A stretch of 64,000 nt of DNA from Candidatus Omnitrophota bacterium (GTDB lineage: Bacteria; Omnitrophota; Omnitrophia; Omnitrophales; Aquincolibacteriaceae). Both the position numbers and the translations under genes were made by a program. The notes beneath the pieces were generated by a model. That model was not told the DNA's origin. It ran no database searches and worked only from the letters and a program-made list of their open reading frames with translations. This document shows, in pieces, positions 43,986 to 52,155 of this stretch. The stretch covers positions 3,250-67,249 of the forward strand of contig JAYTHE010000040.1 in the NCBI GenBank assembly GCA_043732705.1, given 5' to 3'. How positions within the stretch are numbered: the first letter of the stretch is position 1; each line of letters starts with the position of its first letter.

Positions 43986-45221
43986 ATGAACTACGAACAA
44001 GTTCTGCGTGATGTTGCGAAAATGATGGTGCGGCTCAAAAAGCCGACACGTCTATTGAAAATGATCACGCGTTTTATTGACAAGAACTTCGATCTTGATC
44101 ACACCTCAATTGTTATTTGGGAGGCCTCCCGCTCGCGGTATACGTTTGTGGACTCCAAGGGGACTTTGCGTATTCCTGCCGGATTTGTCCGCTTTGACCG
44201 TGATCATCCGCTGATTGCCTGGTTTTCTAAAAGCGCCCGGAACGGAAAAGCATCGCGTGATTACTTATTGAGATCGGATCTCGAAGAACGGATCGAAAAA
44301 AATAAAAAAAATAATCCGGATTCAATCCGTTCTTTTCAAATTGTTCTGAACGCGATGAGCATGATGAAAGCGGAAGTCGTGATTCCGGGTTACTTTAAAA
44401 ATGATTTGCTGGGCGTCCTTTTGCTTGGGGCGAAGAAAAGTAAAGGTCAGTTTGACTCCCGCGAAATTAGTTTTTTCCAAACTTTGGTTCAAGATTGTTC
44501 CATGGCAGTCAAAACAACCGAGTATCACCAAAGTCTTTTGGAGCGCACGCAGCAATTAGAGTCGCAGCTGCAGGAAATTGAAAGCCTGCGCGCGCGCGAG
44601 CAAAAACGCTATTATGAAATTATCCGCTCGCTCGCGCAGCAAGTGAACGCGAAAGATCCTTACACCTTCGGCCATATCGGGCAGGTTGAGCGCCTGGGTG
44701 TGATTACGGGCAAAGAGCTGGGAATGGACATGAGCGGACGAGGAAAGGATATTTTATCCGCCGGCCTTTTGCTACATGATGTCGGAAAAATTGGAATCCC
44801 GGACCATATTCTCAATAAACCCGCCAGACTCGATTCGGAAGAATGGGAAATCATGAAGACCCACGTTGAAAAAGGCGCGCAGATTTTAGAGCCGCTGACG
44901 GATTTTAAAGAGGTCCGCGATATTGTCTTTGCGCATCATGAACGTTGGGACGGCACAGGGTATCCACGGGGGTTAGCGGGGGAAAAAATTCCCGTGGGCG
45001 CGAGAATTGTGTGTGTGGTAGATGCTTTTCATGCCATTGTTTCAACCCGTTGTTATTCCAAAGGCAGGCCGATTGAAACCGCTTTTGAGGAGCTAAGGCG
45101 CTGTGCAGGCACTCAATTTGACCCCCGGGTCGTGGAAGCCTTTATTTCGGCTTTAACCAAAGAAATGAAGCGCCGGGGAACCGGCTTTTTTTACGATACG
45201 GAAACCCGTCATTCGGCTTAA
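43986..45221 (+). CDS. HD-GYP domain phosphodiesterase with an N-terminal GAF-like sensor
   Basis: ...LLHDVGKIGIPD... and ...HHERWDGTGYPRGL... are the HD and GYP signatures. Confidence 0.8.
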   Translation: MNYEQVLRDVAKMMVRLKKPTRLLKMITRFIDKNFDLDHTSIVIWEASRSRYTFVDSKGTLRIPAGFVRFDRDHPLIAWFSKSARNGKASRDYLLRSDLEERIEKNKKNNPDSIRSFQIVLNAMSMMKAEVVIPGYFKNDLLGVLLLGAKKSKGQFDSREISFFQTLVQDCSMAVKTTEYHQSLLERTQQLESQLQEIESLRAREQKRYYEIIRSLAQQVNAKDPYTFGHIGQVERLGVITGKELGMDMSGRGKDILSAGLLLHDVGKIGIPDHILNKPARLDSEEWEIMKTHVEKGAQILEPLTDFKEVRDIVFAHHERWDGTGYPRGLAGEKIPVGARIVCVVDAFHAIVSTRCYSKGRPIETAFEELRRCAGTQFDPRVVEAFISALTKEMKRRGTGFFYDTETRHSA

Positions 45222-45252
45222 TTTGAGCGCGCTTTTTCTCTCGTAAAACTCC

Positions 45253-45281
45253 TTGCTTGCCCCATAGCCTCTCTGTATAAT
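45253..45281 (+). promoter_or_regulatory. Sigma70-like promoter (TTGCTT, 17 nt spacer, TATAAT) upstream of the dksA-like gene
   Basis: TTGCTT at 45253-45258, a 17-nt spacer, TATAAT at 45276-45281. A GGAGG Shine-Dalgarno sequence lies 8 nt before the ATG at 45319. Confidence 0.45.
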
Positions 45282-45318
45282 CTGCCCGCCTTGTAACCTT
45301 TGTTTTGGAGGAGTATTT

Positions 45319-45810
45319 ATGCCGAACAAGAAAAAAGCTAAGAAACCCGTAAAAGCCGTTAAAAAAGTGGTTTCTAAAGCGGCACGTCCAGTTGCAGCCA
45401 AAAAACCCGCTGCGCCTGCTATTTCTCCTTCGAAGGTTAAAACTGACCTTTCCAAGAAAGACTTAGCCTTTTATAAGGATGTTCTCCTCGATTTGCGCAC
45501 AAAAATTGTGGGCGATTTAAATCATCTTGAAAATGATTCGCTCAAGAAAAGCACCGAAGAAATGACCGGCGACCATGCCGATGTCATCGATACGGCGCAA
45601 GATGAATTCGACCGTGAATTTGTGCTCAGCCTTGCCGCGAATGAACAGCAGATTTTAAATAAAATTGACGTTGCTTTACACAAAATTGAAGACGGCACTT
45701 ACGGTGTTTGTGAAAAATACGGTACCCCGATTCCCAAAAAGCGCTTGCTGGCTATGCCTTATGCGATTATGTCTTTGAAGGCCCAGGAAGAGCAGGAGAA
45801 GGGCCTATAA
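45319..45810 (+). CDS. DksA/TraR-family protein with a lysine/alanine/proline-rich histone-H1-like N-terminal tail and a degenerate zinc finger
   Basis: The C-terminus ...KIEDGTYGVCEKYGTPIPKKRLLAMPYA... aligns to the DksA/TraR finger, but only one Cys is retained. The N-terminal 45 aa run KKAKKPVKAVKKVVSKAARPVAAKKPAAPA. Confidence 0.55.
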   Translation: MPNKKKAKKPVKAVKKVVSKAARPVAAKKPAAPAISPSKVKTDLSKKDLAFYKDVLLDLRTKIVGDLNHLENDSLKKSTEEMTGDHADVIDTAQDEFDREFVLSLAANEQQILNKIDVALHKIEDGTYGVCEKYGTPIPKKRLLAMPYAIMSLKAQEEQEKGL

Positions 45811-46250
45811 TCGTTTTTTATCTTGTCGCGGCGGGAAGCTTTATTCTCGACCGCATCAGCAAGCTGCTTGTTCTTCATTATCTGTCCGGTTCGATTCCTG
45901 TCATTCCGAATATTTTCCATCTGACGCTTGTGCATAATCAGGGAATTGCCTTCGGACTTTTTTCCCAAATGAAATGGGCATTGCTGATCGTTGTCTCGGT
46001 CAGTCTTTTCCTCATCGGATGGATGGCGCATCGTCCCGCATTTCAAAACTTGCGCGATCAATGGGTTTTTGGTTTGATCTTGGGTGGCGCGTTCGGAAAT
46101 TGGGTGGATCGTATTCAATACGGAGCTGTTGTGGATTTTTTAGATTTTAGAATTTGGCCGGTTTTTAATCTTGCCGACTCTGCGATTTCAATCGGAGTCG
46201 GAATTTATATTTTATATCTCTTTCGAGATTCTTTTAGAAGGCGTTCGTAA
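45810..46250 (+). CDS. lspA: Lipoprotein signal peptidase II (start codon unresolved; no ATG/GTG/TTG in the required N-terminal region)
   Basis: ...FILDRISKLLVLHYL...NIFHLTLVHNQGIAFGLF...FGNWVDR...VVDFLDF...FNLADSAISIGVG... matches LspA. The conserved first transmembrane helix is encoded in frame between 45813 and 45929, upstream of the first ATG at 45930. Confidence 0.65.
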   Translation: MVFYLVAAGSFILDRISKLLVLHYLSGSIPVIPNIFHLTLVHNQGIAFGLFSQMKWALLIVVSVSLFLIGWMAHRPAFQNLRDQWVFGLILGGAFGNWVDRIQYGAVVDFLDFRIWPVFNLADSAISIGVGIYILYLFRDSFRRRS

Positions 46251-46419
46251 GCAGCGCTCGAGAATGGGTCGGTTTGATAACGAGCCGAAGCAAGAAAGAT
46301 GAGGAGTCCATACTAAAATCAGGTATGGACGACGAGTATGACGCAGCTGCAGGCCGTTAGCAAAGGACCACTTTCCGAGGGATGTTTATGAATGGCTTCT
46401 TTTTACATAAGGCGGATGC

Positions 46420-47337
46420 ATGAGTCAGCAGTGGACGGTGGAATTAAATGATGCCGGCTTCAGGCTCGATGTTTTTCTCGCCGGAAGACTGAAAGGTGAA
46501 CATTCTCGTTCACAATTACAAATTGCCATACGCGAAGGGGCGGTTCTCGTTAACGATAAAACTGCCAGCACGCATTACGCGGTTAAGATCGGTGATGTGG
46601 TTGAGCTTAAACCTTTTGAAGTCGAAGAAGGCCATCCGCAGGCCGAAAACATCGCGTTGGATATCCGCTATGAAGATGCGGATTGTTTGGTGGTTTATAA
46701 ACCGGCGGGGCTTGTTGTTCATCCCGCACCGGGCAATCCGTCAGGGACCTTGGTGAACGCACTCTTGGCGCATGTCAAAGACTTAGGCACGGTAGGGCAA
46801 GTTGAACGTCCCGGTATTGTGCATCGTCTTGATAAAGATACTTCGGGCTTGCTTGTAGTCGCCAAAAATAAAAAGGCCCATGCTAATCTTTCCAAACAAT
46901 TCAAAGAACATACGATTGACCGTGTTTACTACGCGATTGTGCGCGGCATTGTGCAGCATGACGAGGGCAAATGTGAAGAACCCGTCGGCCGCGCTTTTAT
47001 GAGCCGTAAAAAAGTGGTGATTAAGCAAACCGGCGGAAAAGACGCACTGACTTTTTTTAAAGTCTTGAAGCGTTTCAACAATGCCAGCTTTGTGGAAGTG
47101 CGTCTACAAACCGGGCGCACGCATCAAATCCGCGTACATTTCAAACACATGGGGCATCCTGTTTACGGCGACGCAACTTATGGCTATCCCTCGCGCTTAA
47201 TTAACCGTCAGGCATTGCACGCGGCGGTTATCGGCTTTGAGCATCCGCGCACGGGGAAACTTGTCCACATCAAATGTGATATGCCCGAAGATATGCAATT
47301 GCTGCTCAAAGCGATTGCGACCGAAGAAAAGGCATGA
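46420..47337 (+). CDS. rluD: RluA-family 23S rRNA pseudouridine synthase (RluD-like) with an N-terminal S4 domain
   Basis: S4 domain (...RLDVFLAGRL...) and catalytic ...HRLDKDTSGLLVVAK... with the Asp. Confidence 0.85.
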   Translation: MSQQWTVELNDAGFRLDVFLAGRLKGEHSRSQLQIAIREGAVLVNDKTASTHYAVKIGDVVELKPFEVEEGHPQAENIALDIRYEDADCLVVYKPAGLVVHPAPGNPSGTLVNALLAHVKDLGTVGQVERPGIVHRLDKDTSGLLVVAKNKKAHANLSKQFKEHTIDRVYYAIVRGIVQHDEGKCEEPVGRAFMSRKKVVIKQTGGKDALTFFKVLKRFNNASFVEVRLQTGRTHQIRVHFKHMGHPVYGDATYGYPSRLINRQALHAAVIGFEHPRTGKLVHIKCDMPEDMQLLLKAIATEEKA

Positions 47338-48197
47338 TCAGAAAAGTAAAAATTTTTCTTGAGATGATTAAGTTCGAACACTCCTTGTTCGCACTGCCAT
47401 TCGCTTACCTTGGAATGATCCTCGCCGCGCGCGGCTGGCCGGGTTGGGGGAAATTTTTATGGATTACGCTCGCCATGGTTTCTTTCCGCACGATGGCGAT
47501 GGCTGCCAACCGCCTGGTGGATGAATCCGTCGATGCCTTAAATCCGCGCACGGCCTCACGCGCGCTTCCGGCCGGACTTTTAAAACGCCCTTTTGTTTGG
47601 CGGGCTGCTTTTTTTTCGTTTGTCCTTTTCCAATTAGCCTGTTGGAAATTGGGGCCGCTTTGCTTGCGTTTATCCGTGGTGCCATTCCTCTTAGCGTGGA
47701 TTTATCCCTATCTCAAGCGGGTGACCTTGGCCTGCCACTTTCTGCTCGGTTTGGTACTTGGAATAGCTCCTTATGGCGCTTGGCTTGGAGTGCGGCCGGA
47801 GCTCTCGTGGACGCCCGGTTTTTTAATGCTCGGAATCCTCTTTTGGGTGGCCGGATTTGATATAATTTACGCTCTGTTGGACTTGGACTTTGACCGACAA
47901 AAAGGGCTGCATTCGGTGCCGGCTAAGCTGGGCGATAAGAACGCCCGGGTTTTAGCGCGGGTGTTGCACGGTTTAACTTTAATTTTTTGGATTGCCGCGG
48001 GAGTTTCCGCGGAATTGGGACCGATTTATTTTTCAGGATTATTGATCGCGGCTGTTTTGATGCTGCGCGAGCATATTCTCGTGCGGCGCGATACTGACCC
48101 GGTTAAAATGAACAGATCATTTTTTAAGCTGAATGCTTGGATCAGTGCGGTTATTTTTTTCGCGGCGGTGATTGATTTGGGAGGGGGGATCAAATGA
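47334..48197 (+). CDS. UbiA-family aromatic prenyltransferase (probable menaquinone/futalosine-pathway MqnP type)
   Basis: Polytopic membrane protein with the Asp-rich motifs ...NRLVDESVD... and ...DIIYALLDLDFD...; followed by a UbiX-like gene. Confidence 0.65.
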   Translation: MIRKVKIFLEMIKFEHSLFALPFAYLGMILAARGWPGWGKFLWITLAMVSFRTMAMAANRLVDESVDALNPRTASRALPAGLLKRPFVWRAAFFSFVLFQLACWKLGPLCLRLSVVPFLLAWIYPYLKRVTLACHFLLGLVLGIAPYGAWLGVRPELSWTPGFLMLGILFWVAGFDIIYALLDLDFDRQKGLHSVPAKLGDKNARVLARVLHGLTLIFWIAAGVSAELGPIYFSGLLIAAVLMLREHILVRRDTDPVKMNRSFFKLNAWISAVIFFAAVIDLGGGIK

Positions 48198-48808
48198 AGC
48201 CTTGGATTGTCGGCATTACGGGAGCAAGCGGAATCCGCTTTGCCGCGCGCTTGATACAAGTTTTAAATCATTCCGGCCGCCGGATTCATTTAGTGATGTC
48301 CGAACCCGCACGCCTGACCATGAAAGAAGAGCTTGGTATTGTTTTACCCTCGCTTTCTGCCGAAGACTTTGCGCGCGCTTTTCAAATCGAAAATCCCGCA
48401 TTGATTGAAATTCATCATCCAAAAGATTTTACCGCACCAATCGCGAGCGGTTCTTATCCCGTTGAAGGCATGGTAGTGATTCCCTGCAGTATGGGGACTT
48501 TGGGGGCCGTCGCGAACGGGCTTTCTCAGAATTTAATTCATCGTGCGGTGGACTGCGTCATCAAAGAAAACCGCCGGCTGGTGCTCGTGCCGCGTGAAAC
48601 GCCGTTTTCAGCGATTCATTTGGAAAACATGTTAAAGCTCGCGCGCCTTGGGGTGCGTATTGTTCCGCCGATTCCCGGATTTTATTCGGGCGAAAAGACT
48701 ATCGAAGACGTGGTCGATTTTGTGGTCGGAAAAGTTTTGGATCAAATGGATATTCCGCACGCGCTTTTTCCCCGCTGGACCGGCCTTAAAAATTCCGCAA
48801 ATATTTAA
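48194..48808 (+). CDS. ubiX: UbiX-family flavin prenyltransferase (MqnL-like)
   Basis: ...IVGITGASGIRFAARL... N-terminal flavoprotein motif and a UbiX/Pad1 body. Confidence 0.8.
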   Translation: MKPWIVGITGASGIRFAARLIQVLNHSGRRIHLVMSEPARLTMKEELGIVLPSLSAEDFARAFQIENPALIEIHHPKDFTAPIASGSYPVEGMVVIPCSMGTLGAVANGLSQNLIHRAVDCVIKENRRLVLVPRETPFSAIHLENMLKLARLGVRIVPPIPGFYSGEKTIEDVVDFVVGKVLDQMDIPHALFPRWTGLKNSANI

Positions 48809-48817
48809 AGGTTTTCT

Positions 48818-49717
48818 ATGACAGAGCAGGTCTTAGTAAAATCAAAACTTAAAATCGGAAAAATCAAATATCTTAACTGTCTGCCTTATTACGCAGGTTT
48901 AGAGGCGGGTGATACGCTTCAATTTGAAAGCGGTACACCTGCGCAAATCAATCAGTTGATGCGGGAGGGCAAAATCGATTCCGCACCGATTTCTTCGATG
49001 GAGTATTTACAGAATCCGCGGGATTATTTGCTTTTTCCCGATTTAGGAATCGCGAGCCGCGAATATGTGCGCAGCGTTACGCTTTTCTCAAAGAAAAAAA
49101 TTGAGGATTTGAACGGCGCGGATATCGCCGTCACTGAGGAGAGTTTAACGTCTGTGCATTTGCTGAATTTGTTGCTGCGTGATAAATATAAAATTCAAGC
49201 GATGCTGGATCCGATGCCGTCCAATCCCAAAGCGATGCTGGAAAAGCATGATGCCGCGCTTTTGATCGGAAACGACGCGCTTTTGGCGCAGCCTAAAAAA
49301 TTTATCCACCGGTATGACCTCGGTAATCTTTGGTTTGATTGGCAGAAGCTGCCTTTTGTTTATGCGGTTTGGGCCGTGCGCCGTGAAGCAGTGCTTGCGA
49401 GTCAATCCGCTGTCGGAGAATTTTACCATGCTCTCAAGGAGCGTTTTTTGTATAATAGCGCGCATCTTTCCGAATGCATTCACAAGCATTGCTCAATCGG
49501 GGAATTTGACCGCCTTGAACCCAAGATACACGGTTATTTAAGCGGGCTGATTTATCAATTGGATGATACCTGCTGGCAGGGGTTTAAAAAATTCGCTGAG
49601 CGATTATATTTAACCTCTGCGCTAAAAACGCAACCGGAATTTGAATTTGTGGCAGTTGATAAAGGTTCTGTGCCGGTTGGGCGAAGCCCAGAGAAAAAAG
49701 AAAATGAAATACGATAA
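48818..49717 (+). CDS. MqnA-like protein (chorismate dehydratase of the futalosine pathway), putative
   Basis: ...KIGKIKYLNCLPYYAGL... N-terminus resembles the MqnA family (periplasmic-binding-protein-like fold). Its position between a UbiX-like and a radical SAM MqnC/E-like gene supports the call. Confidence 0.5.
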   Translation: MTEQVLVKSKLKIGKIKYLNCLPYYAGLEAGDTLQFESGTPAQINQLMREGKIDSAPISSMEYLQNPRDYLLFPDLGIASREYVRSVTLFSKKKIEDLNGADIAVTEESLTSVHLLNLLLRDKYKIQAMLDPMPSNPKAMLEKHDAALLIGNDALLAQPKKFIHRYDLGNLWFDWQKLPFVYAVWAVRREAVLASQSAVGEFYHALKERFLYNSAHLSECIHKHCSIGEFDRLEPKIHGYLSGLIYQLDDTCWQGFKKFAERLYLTSALKTQPEFEFVAVDKGSVPVGRSPEKKENEIR

Positions 49718-50789
49718 ATTGGACGACATCTTGGAGAAACGCGTTAACGGCGAAAGACTTTCGCTTGAAGAAGGTGTTTCGCTTTATGCATGCGACCTTT
49801 TGCGGTTGGGCCGCGCCGCGCATCGCGTCAAAGAACAAATGCATCCTGATAAGCGGGTGACATTTATCGTCGACCGTAATATCAGCTATACCAATGTTTG
49901 TGTTGTCGATTGTGACTTCTGCGCTTTTTACCGTCCGCCCGGCCATGCCGAAGGTTACACGATGACGCATGAAGAAGTTTTTAAAAAAATCGAAGAGTTA
50001 GTTGCGCTTGGCGGAACCCAGGCCCTGATTCAAGGCGGCGTGAATCCGGCTTTGCCGATTGAGTACTACATCGATTTAATCCGTGCGGTTCGGCAGAAAT
50101 ATCCGACGGTGCATGTGCATTCTTTTTCGGTGGTGGAAATGGATATGATCGCGCGCAAGAATCGTATTCCTTTGCCCGACCTTTTTAAGAAATTCAAAGA
50201 AGCGGGTTTAAACTCCATGCCGGGCGGCGGCGCTGAAATTTTAGTTGAACGCGTACGCAAAATTATCAGCCCCAAAAAAGCCACCACAGAAAAATGGATT
50301 GATGTGATGCGGATTGCGCATGAAGCCGGCCTTAAAACCACCGCAACCATGGTGGTGGGGCATGTCGAGACCATTTCCGAACGCATTGAACATATGCTTG
50401 TGATTCGCGACTTGCAGGACAAAACCAAGGGCTTTCGTGCTTTTATTCCTTGGACGATGTCGCCGAATTGTACACCCCGCATGAAGCATCTCAAGCAAAC
50501 CGGCGGCGAGGATTATTTGAAGACGGTCGCGATTTCACGTTTGATGCTCGACAATATTGAGCATTTGCAAAGCGGCTGGCTCACCGAAGGCCTTAAGCTC
50601 GGGCAAATCGCGCTGGCATTCGGCTGCGATGATATGGGCGGAACTTTAATTGAAGACAAAGTTTTGGAACCAACCGGCATCGATGCAACACAAACCACCC
50701 GGGAAGATTTAATCCGCTTGATCAAAGAGGCGGGGTATACGCCGGTGCAAAGAGACACGAATTACCAGACAGTACAAATTTTTAATTAG
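49704..50789 (+). CDS. Radical SAM enzyme of the MqnC/MqnE family (futalosine pathway)
   Basis: CVVDCDFCAF (CxxxCxxC) radical SAM cluster motif, and N-terminal ...GERLSLEEGVSLY... typical of MqnC/MqnE. I chose the start at ATG 49704 (MKYDKLDD). Confidence 0.65.
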   Translation: MKYDKLDDILEKRVNGERLSLEEGVSLYACDLLRLGRAAHRVKEQMHPDKRVTFIVDRNISYTNVCVVDCDFCAFYRPPGHAEGYTMTHEEVFKKIEELVALGGTQALIQGGVNPALPIEYYIDLIRAVRQKYPTVHVHSFSVVEMDMIARKNRIPLPDLFKKFKEAGLNSMPGGGAEILVERVRKIISPKKATTEKWIDVMRIAHEAGLKTTATMVVGHVETISERIEHMLVIRDLQDKTKGFRAFIPWTMSPNCTPRMKHLKQTGGEDYLKTVAISRLMLDNIEHLQSGWLTEGLKLGQIALAFGCDDMGGTLIEDKVLEPTGIDATQTTREDLIRLIKEAGYTPVQRDTNYQTVQIFN

Positions 50790-50944
50790 CAAACACTTAA
50801 TTCCAAACTCTAAATCCTAATATCTGAATTCTAAATACACTCAAAATCACAATGCTTCAAATTTCTAAACGCTTTAGTGTTTTGACTTTGGGCATTGGAA
50901 TTTATTTAGAAGTTAGTGTTTAGAGTTTAGGATTTTAATAATTT

Positions 50945-51661
50945 ATGACTCAAATATTAAAAGCACAAAATTTAGCTTCGCCTGACAAAGAATTTATCCG
51001 CGATGCTTTTGACTCCATTGCGCCGAAGTATGATTTTCTCAATACCGTGCTCAGCTTTAAGTTGGATGAGGCTTGGCGCCGCCGCGCGCGCGATTTAGTT
51101 TTGGAACCCGCGCAACAGGCGATTCTCGATTTGGGAATTGGATCCGGTAAGTTTTTAGAGTGTTTTCTTCAAGCACGGACTTGGAAAAAGGCCGTCGGAC
51201 TTGATTTTTCAGCGAATATGTTAGCCGTAGCACGCGAACATTTGCCCCAGGAAGTGACCTTGGTTCAGGGTGATTTTCATGACTTGCCTTTTGCGCGCGC
51301 CGAGTTTGATTTAGTTGTTTCCGCTTTTACTTTGCGCAGCGTGAAGGATATGCCGCGTTTTTTGAGCCAAGTATTCAAAATCCTGACGCCCGGAGGGCGA
51401 GCTGCATTTTTGTGCCTAACGCGCCCGCAGGCTTGGTGGGCGAAGCTGCTTTTTTATCCCTATCTCAAACTTTATTTGCCGGTTGTGGGCTGGATTTTTT
51501 CCGGCAGACTCAAAGCTTATCAATTTCTTTCCGAATCGATCGCATCCTTTCAAGAGCCGCAAAAAACAGCCGCGGAAATGCGCGATACCGGTTTTACGGA
51601 ATTGCAAGTCCACGCTTTTACTTTTGGTGCGGCGACGCTGATCATTGGCCGTAAACCATGA
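50945..51661 (+). CDS. ubiE: Demethylmenaquinone / ubiquinone C-methyltransferase
   Basis: ...FDSIAPKYDFLNTVLSF... N-terminal UbiE/MenG signature and SAM-binding ...LDLGIGSG... Confidence 0.8.
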   Translation: MTQILKAQNLASPDKEFIRDAFDSIAPKYDFLNTVLSFKLDEAWRRRARDLVLEPAQQAILDLGIGSGKFLECFLQARTWKKAVGLDFSANMLAVAREHLPQEVTLVQGDFHDLPFARAEFDLVVSAFTLRSVKDMPRFLSQVFKILTPGGRAAFLCLTRPQAWWAKLLFYPYLKLYLPVVGWIFSGRLKAYQFLSESIASFQEPQKTAAEMRDTGFTELQVHAFTFGAATLIIGRKP

Positions 51662-52155
51662 TCATGGATTCTAACTACGAAAAAAAGATTTTAGAGCTAG
51701 GTTTGATTTTGCCTGACCCCGCGAAACCGGGCGGTATTTACCAGCCGGTTGTATTTTCGGGCGCATGGGCGCATTTAAGCGGACAGCTTCCGCGTGGCAT
51801 AGGCGGAACATTGATGACGGGCCGGGTTGGTAAAGATGTTGATCTGAAACAGGCGCAGGAAGCCGCACGAGCAGCGGCATTAAATATAATTTCGATTGTC
51901 CGTAATCTCATCGGCTTTGACCGTTTCAAAAAATTTGTAAAAGTTACGGGGTATGTCAACGCTGACCCTTCTTTTTATGATTTTTCCGCCGTGATGAACG
52001 GCGCCTCCGAACTGTTGGGTTTAGTATTCGGTGAAGCGGGAGTGCATGCGCGTACTTCGGTTGGGGTTGCAAGCCTGCCTTTGAATGCCATTATTGAAAT
52101 TGATGCCGTGATTCAAGTCAAACCTTCTGATACCGGCCGCAAATCTTTATCATAA
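51658..52155 (+). CDS. RidA/YjgF-family protein
   Basis: 165 aa; the C-terminal ...ARTSVGVASLPLNAIIEIDAV... matches the RidA family. Confidence 0.7.
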   Translation: MIMDSNYEKKILELGLILPDPAKPGGIYQPVVFSGAWAHLSGQLPRGIGGTLMTGRVGKDVDLKQAQEAARAAALNIISIVRNLIGFDRFKKFVKVTGYVNADPSFYDFSAVMNGASELLGLVFGEAGVHARTSVGVASLPLNAIIEIDAVIQVKPSDTGRKSLS

